Shown: piece after piece, positions 60,601 through 64,000 of the stretch
Numbering within the stretch: position 1 is the first letter of the stretch
Layout of the letters: every line of letters starts with the position of its first letter
Assembly (NCBI GenBank): GCA_965243025.1
Contig: CBDETY010000003.1
Location: 5,984,001 to 6,048,000 of the forward strand
Direction of reading: 5' to 3'
Origin: Candidatus Latescibacterota bacterium
Lineage (GTDB): Bacteria > Latescibacterota > UBA2968 > UBA8231
Length of the DNA stretch: 64,000 bases
The notes under the pieces: generated by a model
Databases searched by the model: none
Told to the model about the DNA's origin: nothing
What the model saw: the letters and a program-made list of their open reading frames with translations, nothing else
Program-made: the position numbers and the translations under genes

Positions 60601-60863
60601 GGTTCAACTACCCGAACCCCTTCAATCCGGAAACCACGATCAAGTACGCGCTGCCACAGGCGTCTGACGTGAAGCTGGTGGTATACAACTCGATTGGACA
60701 GGTGGTCCGAACCCTCGTGAACGAGCGCCAGAGCATCGGCCGCTACGCCTTCACGTGGGACGCGACCAACGACCGCGGCCAGGCGGTGTCTTCGGGAATC
60801 TACCTGTACCGCCTGCAGGCAGGAGAGTTCGCCCAAGTCAGAAAGATGCTGTTGCTCAAGTAG
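51624..60863 (+). CDS. Giant secreted adhesin-like protein (3,079 aa): 21 fibronectin type III repeats, Pro/Thr linker, Ig-like domains, EF-hand/dockerin-like, cohesin-like and FlgD-Ig/'sorting' C-terminus
   Basis: RBS plus signal peptide MKNSHQVSMKWLRGGMLVLLAISFLPRGLQA; 21 L-x-V-x-W...Y-x-V-Q-W...Y-x-V-x-V-x-A units; PSTPSTPTPQPPTTPP; ends NYPNPFNPETT...RKMLLLK. Confidence 0.92.
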   Translation: MKNSHQVSMKWLRGGMLVLLAISFLPRGLQAQFAPPTVTVKSGPEQLTVEWNEVEGATGYKVQWRNSSTEADAENTDWDASRQAMEPGTSRSSLIEDLDPAITYEVRAFAKDMYGDYSNPSNDPDGDGTPISPLTTGTPAPGQVTGVTVTVPAAAGQLTVTWDGLDVATNYKVQWRDPDEVDSWEDFEPDDDGTDPDNEESVAASTSDPLPTTYSHTITATTGGLSAENTYIVRVIATNGVDTEASNGGDGTPSDDATGRPRPGQVNGPGDATDDPLTVEPGEGKLTVKWEGVEGADEYKVQWKSGTQDWDPSNRQGMEDQDATSHEITGLTAGTEYTVRVFATNGDDTDASDGGDGTPSVEATGTPQPGQVTGVTVTSDAAAELTVSWTAVSGTGIEYKVQWRDATSVTSWDDFTPTDGTNQATATATSYTISPSTPLTVGTEYTVRVIATHDAAAAAVEDVFLADGTPSEDATGTPRPGQVQNLAQNPAPASALPGEVTVTWDRLIGADSYTVQWKLATEVNYDGTRLATIDQTPTGENPSHRITGLGSAAHTVQVYATNNDEQDGAQDGAPLELSVTPGTPGNNQVTGVTVTPGSQQLTVEWVAVTGATEYKVQWWKGDDATFDAADDDEKGDVTGIRGTRYTIRSLDEDTEYMVQVINGEDDGTASPVTDQWTKPGQVTGVTAEATSGQTGQLTVGWTVATTVGTRTDGGYKVQWRTGSENWDPDSRQVDVTGASATGTTIGDETPASDMPLGGTLYRVRVIAYNDGGDGDPSGEARATPLAAQVATPTVTPGPEELKVVWVKANGAYRYKVQWTTESGFTGFTATEGTNQKTVTDDNPEFTPEFTIEGLTGGTPYQVRVIAENESGTAAEGTVNATSGTPAPGMVGTLTVTAGSEQLTVEWDAVTGATSYKVQWRVPDENASWGADDFTAAENDNQATVTGSPLPTSYTISPTSTPAATSALSADTEYTVRVVPVVGTVDGTPSADATGRPAPGQIEDDTGTSDVDEGVTVTPLEGALKVSWGEVSGATGYTVQWKSGSDPYSRNNQADLSETEREITPLTAGVQYTVRVFAYNGDASDASDGGVGPSSDEATGTPQPGQVTGVTVTSDAAAELTVSWTAVSGTGIEYKVQWRDATSVTSWDDFTPTDGTNQATATATSYTISPSTPLTVGTEYTVRVIATHDAAAAAVEDVFLADGTPSDDETGIPRPGPVQTLAVATSPANGWAATVTWDRLTGADNGYIVQWKLATEVNYDRTRQATEPQTEETQTTVTHRITGLTAGTAYTVQVYATNDGGHGPATSPAANHPFTPVASTGNQVVGVMVTAGSEELTVTWDRVPGATGYKVQWNSDGTYDDLTVDTDDPDDRTADASGTSYTITGLTGGTTYNVQVIAVVGGENQSPSATGSTGIPKPGKVTIKAVRLGEGTLNVSWDEVTGVTGYTVQWREDSQQYSSRSRMKQPTPATATQIELDMDDLRGPGQLMPSGQKYWVQVYATNASGDGPTSDEVAGTPLPGKVDDTDENRGPVTVTRGPQQLEVGWDAVPGATGYTVQWKSGSQDFDNLLDSDDAADTRTARLGVVSSYTIENLIAGTQYTVQVFASNAGGLGAASDLQRGTPAPGTVTGVTVTAGSGALTVSWTAVPGAAGYKIQWKSGSEEYDPATREGRRTGLSYTIESLSADTEYTVQVIATLDLSNSNTPETDDSAPSDEATGTPLPGKVASVNVVAGAEKLLLSWDEVTGADGYTVQWRSGQQTFADAATDNREATDITGTRYTIEGLTADPATQYTVQVIAYNASGNGDPSDEATGTPVPVAEGQVANVMVDPGPERLAVSWSMVPGATGYKVQWKSGSETFANAATDDREEEVTGLSYTIPDLEPDTEYTVRVIAVLSTGDGPDSDEAFGTPTDRLGQVANVMVTPGPYHLSVAWDEVTGATGYKVQWKSGDEDYDETNRQALIEVGDDPGFSHTSIGLGGRTAGIEYTIQVIATIIETGDADDGPASAPATGTPQPGQVTNVRAAGVEALTVSWKAVPDATMYRVYWKSGTQDFDASRLAEVTSGTRHVIPNLTVGTQYTVFVVAGVASVYGQPSDEVTGTPTRRRPSTPSTPSTPTPQPPTTPPAQPTTPPVTSAPKDPKPGKVVLSSVKAGAEGGQLAVKWRVMAKASGYKVQWKSGDQDFSSSRQARVSGMLAVNHVIGDLDYTIEHMVRVIAYNQHGDGPPSDSREATPKRGVPKNNLAIEDPDEARTVGQAISLTVSVAEEGAHVLEVTGGRGVTLSGDGVTDQGGGSAQLDADSWSEGQRTVVLNDTVGPDVLSIVLRNTDGDSLAGLSGIMYNPGEASQLVVTGLPDTLAVGRAYRGQVSATDSYGNVRTEDREVTISTDARNVSSSSPVELEEGTGGFWVRSDEVPATALVLTFEDSEDSDLSSSVSVTVRPLDAPDRVVAADNPGDEGGFVLLTWDLSDDHSILDTYRIFRGEGSAREWGSVAAAPGATEGRAVVATLDTMSSVWGVLGQIGGSSMMDDMACMADIVVTGSDVDGLEVLVWRTGSGNRVSSPRSSNILWKGTTDATGQVSLSVNNSGRTSSYAATARRDGELVASWRGIQLTPSDCPSLELAIGGEATVGGATDQRPSVVLMSSITQSGSARALDNTPPAAAGSFRAVDVPDDDGGQIQLSWTESASDVSITRSVEGAVGPVTSDMSRGVVGYRIYREEAEGFALLGTVGPGVTGFVDTTAITGIRFTYVVSAFDQDNETVSEEEEAMSIRNREEDVNGKLIQGLFGADKTVGFDDYFHFADHYGSSVEDTEWEPAFDLAAKQAVDIDGYNVFAENFGRQTASAAKVIPLEPGRNEQTRLDFFGGVPLPRVGEEFVLTLHLSDFGLLKGYGFQVEFDGEELEVVRAVAADNGLGEGILANPQVLAVAEGKQAIVAYGDEVSEGTVAVELVFRALREFEDGWIRITEGQVRDGAFAVNPLVLPAPVQMETLPEVYALGFNYPNPFNPETTIKYALPQASDVKLVVYNSIGQVVRTLVNERQSIGRYAFTWDATNDRGQAVSSGIYLYRLQAGEFAQVRKMLLLK
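52710..55234 (+). repeat. Identical 323-bp intragenic duplication (52710-53032 = 54912-55234)
   Basis: FN3 domains 4 and 11 are identical at DNA level by eye; offset 2,202 bp. Confidence 0.9.
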
Positions 60864-60875
60864 AAGCAGGTGGGT

Positions 60876-60936
60876 AAAGAGGGGGGTTGGGAAAGGAGGC
60901 AATTTCGTCGTCTCCCTCCCACCCCTCTTTTTATTT
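60876..60936 (+). terminator. Intrinsic terminator after the FN3 gene
   Basis: AAAGAGGGG...CCCCTCTTT stem followed by TTATTT. Confidence 0.7.
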
Positions 60937-61088
60937 CAGATTTCGGGGAGATGGGATGTGATTGGGGATGATCGGCAAAACCCCTGAAACCTGGTTCTTG
61001 GGGTGGCCTCCATCGCCAGGTCAAAGGGGGAATGAACATCGGCATCCCATCTTCCTTTTTTCTTTTTCCCCTGTGAAATAAGACGAAC

Positions 61089-61298
61089 ATGGCCAAGAAG
61101 AGAAAATACAGGCGGCCAAGCCACTATCCCGAGCATTTGAGTGTAGCCGTGACCCAGGCCACACAAGAAGCCGTCGAGGAGGTCGCCGACCAGGCCGGGT
61201 GGTCGGTCGCCGAAACGGTCCGGGAGTGCATCGAGGCCGGCCTGCCGAAGGTGCGGGCCAGTGCGGGCAGGAGCAACGACATCCCCTCTTCGGCATGA
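61089..61298 (+). CDS. Ribbon-helix-helix-like DNA-binding protein, paralog 1
   Basis: HLSVAVTQATQEAVEEVADQAGWSVAETVRECIEAGL (beta-alpha-alpha pattern). Confidence 0.75.
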   Translation: MAKKRKYRRPSHYPEHLSVAVTQATQEAVEEVADQAGWSVAETVRECIEAGLPKVRASAGRSNDIPSSA

Positions 61299-61531
61299 CC
61301 CAAACCAGACCCTACCGGCGAAGGAGCCACTACCCCGGGCACCTGAGTGTATCCATGAACGGGGCCACGAGAGAAACCGTCGAGAAGATCGCCGACCAGG
61401 CCGGTTGGTCGTTGGCCGAAACAGTCCGGAAGTGCATCGAGAGCGGCCTGCCGGTGGTGAAGTTGCGGGTGAAAAGAAACTACCACCCACACCATCCCGG
61501 AAGGTGGCCCGGCTCGCCTTCCATTTCCTAG
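61295..61531 (+). CDS. Ribbon-helix-helix-like DNA-binding protein, paralog 2
   Basis: ATGA overlap; HLSVSMNGATRETVEKIADQAGWSLAETVRKCIESGL. Confidence 0.75.
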   Translation: MTQTRPYRRRSHYPGHLSVSMNGATRETVEKIADQAGWSLAETVRKCIESGLPVVKLRVKRNYHPHHPGRWPGSPSIS

Positions 61532-61549
61532 CTGAAATTCCCCTCTGGC

Positions 61550-61879
61550 ATGCCCAGGAGACCATACAGGCGAAGGATCCACTTCCCCGGCCATTTGAGG
61601 GCGTCGGTGAGCACTTCCGTACAACAAGCCGTTGAGGAGCTGGCCGAAGAGGCCGGTTGGTCCTACGCCGAGGTGGTCCGGGAGTGCATCGACGTCGGCC
61701 TGCCGGTGGTGAAGTCGCGGGTGACTACCCTTGAGGAGTTGGCCGACGAGACCGGTTGGTCCTATGCCGAGGTGGTCCGGGAGTGCATCGACGTCGGCCT
61801 GCCGGTGGTGAAGTCGCGGGTGATCTCATCCTGGTTGGATTCAGAAAAAGAAACAGAAGGGGTGGCCGGAAACCCCTGA
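61550..61879 (+). CDS. Ribbon-helix-helix-like protein, paralog 3, with 99-bp internal duplication
   Basis: EELA(E/D)E(A/T)GWSYAEVVRECIDVGLPVVKSRV twice (61632 and 61731). Confidence 0.75.
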   Translation: MPRRPYRRRIHFPGHLRASVSTSVQQAVEELAEEAGWSYAEVVRECIDVGLPVVKSRVTTLEELADETGWSYAEVVRECIDVGLPVVKSRVISSWLDSEKETEGVAGNP

Positions 61880-62243
61880 AGGGGAAAGCGGCAAGGTGTT
61901 TGGGAAACGCCTGCAATTCGAAGGTGCCGTCCTGCGGTTCCTGATTTGCAGGCGTTTTCGTTGGTACCGAAAACACCGCACCGGAACCCCGGTTCCAGAC
62001 AGGGATGGAGGAAGGGGTCCCTACAATTAACCCCGGCCCCACCAGGTGGGACCTCAACTATCCGTAACTGAAAGCGTCACCGGAGACGAGGGTTCCGGCA
62101 GGGACTACAACCAGGTCTGGAACCTTGTTTCGGCAGGAGGAGAACACGGTTCGCGAGAGCCTGCGCGAACTGCTCCACGATTTGTAATGAGAACTTTCTG
62201 ACGTTCACCGACCATTAAAGACCCTGTGTGTGGAGAAAGACCA

Positions 62244-62465
62244 ATGAACCGACGTGAACATCACGACCTGATGGCCGTGGTGATTGAATCCGGGCTTCAC
62301 CTAGAGAAACTCAACATCCTGAAAACCGAAGTGAACGGAATTGCCCCGTATCCCAAGACCCATAAGGCCCACCGGGTGGTACTGGGCTGTCTGAACATGC
62401 TGGCAGCATCCCTTGAGGAATTCAAAATGGCTGCCAGAGAGGAGATACAGATTACAGGGCCATGA
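62244..62465 (+). CDS. Hypothetical helical protein
   Basis: GGAG RBS; MNRREHHDLMAVVIESG... Confidence 0.5.
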   Translation: MNRREHHDLMAVVIESGLHLEKLNILKTEVNGIAPYPKTHKAHRVVLGCLNMLAASLEEFKMAAREEIQITGP

Positions 62466-62835
62466 CCCTCGTCCCATGGTACCGGCCGTCGATGAATACG
62501 CTCAAACCTCGTCCGGCCTCCGCCTATGGATGGAAGGTTCCACTTCTCCATAGGAGCGGTTCCTCGGCGGCTTCCCGCGCCTCCGCTTGGCTTGCTCTCA
62601 CCCGTCCGCACCTCACCCATGTCAAACGACACCCCAGGTTCCCCACTTGGCGGGGCACCCAGATTCGCGCACCCCTGACTGGATGTCGGGGTGGGGTGAA
62701 ACACCGTTACCATCAAGTGAATTCTTGCAGATTTTCGGCCAGCTTCGGATTCTCGGCGCAACCCTCGCAGTTCCACTGATTTTTTCTTTCCGCCCACGCA
62801 GCCGGTTTTTCCCACACCGCCTCCTTGAGGCAAGC

Positions 62836-63260
62836 CGTTCCTGAAATCTCCCGGAAACCCGATCTGGACTGAGGTCTCTCCTCGATCCGAGCCGGGGGCC
62901 TCGGATCCACCTTGCCGATTTCCCAAGGGGGGCAAAGGCTCCGAGAGGATCCCTCGCGAATTCTCCCCTTCCGTATTCTCCTACGGAATACCCCCCTTCT
63001 GCGCACCATGTGCCGAACGGAAGAAGATCCCAGCGGGGCAAAACGGGGAATGCTCCGATGGAGCCTGCCTTTCCCTATCACCTGTCTCGGAAAAAGACCA
63101 TGCCAGAGGGGAAGCCGAAGCAGATCCCTCGATTTTCGGCTACGAAACCCCAAACAATAGGGATCGGGTCCGCGAGGCCCTTGCTGTCGTGGAGCAAAGG
63201 TCACCAGGTCGTATCACTCAGCCACCACCTCGAACCCCTGTTCCAGAAATCTCTCTCGCT
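62836..63260 (-). repeat. Island non-coding repeat family copy (inverted)
   Basis: Reverse complement shares GATCTGCTTCGGCTTC, CTGGCATGGTCTTT, GGCAGGCTCCATCGGAG, GGGGTATT..CCGTAGGAGAAT and GGAAATCGGCA.GGTGGATC in the same order as 35790-36130. Confidence 0.8.
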
Positions 63261-63567
63261 GCATCGCTATGGATAGTCGAGGTCCCCGATGATGCGAGCG
63301 CCTCGTTCTCCCGTTCCATCTCCTCAGCCGGTTTCATCTTCTTCTCTCCTGCTCGGAGCCTGATTTCAGGCCATATCGTCCGAAATGGCCCCCCTCTGTC
63401 CTTTTCCATAAAGAAACCGCTGGAATGGACCTTATTTCCACCGATTTATCACTCATGGGGGGATCGTTTTAGATCTATATTACTGAATCCGGTTTCTCGG
63501 GTCGCAGCCGGTTTCCTCGGCGGAGTCCCTTAAATCGCGCGAACTCGGGTCCACTCTAAACGGCTAC

Positions 63568-64000
63568 ATGACAGCAGAACAACGCCAGTTTTCTGGAATA
63601 TCCCGGATTTTCAACGGCCTGTTAATCCTGGCAGCAGCCGTACCCGGCTGGTCGGCCCCGGCTCCACCGGATTGGGTCCTGATCGACCCCAGCGACGAGC
63701 CCGGGTTCTGGGTGGTGACTTGGCCTTCGGTTGCCGACGCCGACGGTTACCAGATTTACCTGCAGATCGGGGCCGCTGACGTTGAGGGGGACCAGGCCCC
63801 CGAGCCGGTCTTGGCCCGGTGGGGCTACGTCGAACAACAGGACGGGGTGATCAGGGTCAAGATCGCCGGCCTGTCTCAGGAGACGTTCTCCTTCGGGGTA
63901 GCCACCGTAAAGGACGGGGTCGAATCCGAAATCACCTGGCCGGCACAGCCTTCACAGCCTTCTGTAGCACCCACGCCACCGGATTCGGTTTGGGTCGAGG
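63568..64000 (+). CDS. Secreted protein, partial (runs off the window), starting with an FN3-like domain related to the two giant proteins
   Basis: MTAEQRQFSGISRIFNGLLILAAAVPGWSA signal; PPDWVLID..DEPGFWVVTW...DGYQIY...WGYV...IRVKIA resembles APDTLIAED..DQGGFVLLTF...DGYRIY...WAFV...MRVVVA. Confidence 0.7.
   Translation, partial: MTAEQRQFSGISRIFNGLLILAAAVPGWSAPAPPDWVLIDPSDEPGFWVVTWPSVADADGYQIYLQIGAADVEGDQAPEPVLARWGYVEQQDGVIRVKIAGLSQETFSFGVATVKDGVESEITWPAQPSQPSVAPTPPDSVWVE

Larger units (their letters stand above)
33644..64000. mobile_element. Genomic island / putative large cargo transposon, open at the right edge
   Basis: Sharp gene-splitting junction; visibly lower GC; two IS1595 transposases, IS21 and recombinase remnants, radC, XRE, RHH genes and many short ORFs. 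Confidence 0.75.

Noticed and set aside
63590-63604. GAATATCCC as the right terminal repeat of the island
   Set aside because: Only the last 7 bases match, it lies inside an ORF, and no target duplication or gene remainder follows.

Overview
The window has two halves. Bases 1-33,643 are high-GC chromosomal DNA from a catabolic heterotroph. They hold beta-propeller glycosidase-like proteins, a BNR sialidase-like protein, a beta-helix protein, two enolase-superfamily dehydratases, uronate-dehydrogenase-like SDRs, an aldo/keto reductase, an amidohydrolase, a PhyH dioxygenase, two OPT-like membrane proteins, a TonB-dependent receptor, an ExbB-like protein, an RsmB/F methyltransferase, a tRNA-Arg(UCG), an S55 peptidase lipoprotein and an ECF sigma/anti-sigma/exported caspase operon. 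This gene style suggests a Latescibacterota/Gemmatimonadota-like bacterium of the sponge-symbiont type (inference). At 33,643/33,644 an OPT-like gene is cut mid-codon by an AT-rich end (GGGATATATGTATTTAATT). The rest of the window is a lower-GC mobile island of at least 30 kb. It carries two paralogous IS1595-family transposases, two giant secreted proteins (1,711 aa, and 3,079 aa with 21 FN3 repeats) that share a C-terminal module, a stack of helicase/IS21/Cre-like remnants, RadC, an XRE plus Zn-finger mini-operon, a SWIB-DnaJ fusion, three tandem ribbon-helix-helix paralogs, several small hydrophobic peptides and a dispersed, degenerate non-coding repeat family of about 350-480 bp. The best novelty candidates are a putative giant IS1595-bounded adhesin-cargo transposon with its repeat family, and a trans-envelope caspase/anti-sigma/ECF relay. 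All calls come from motif reading by eye. No database searches were run.
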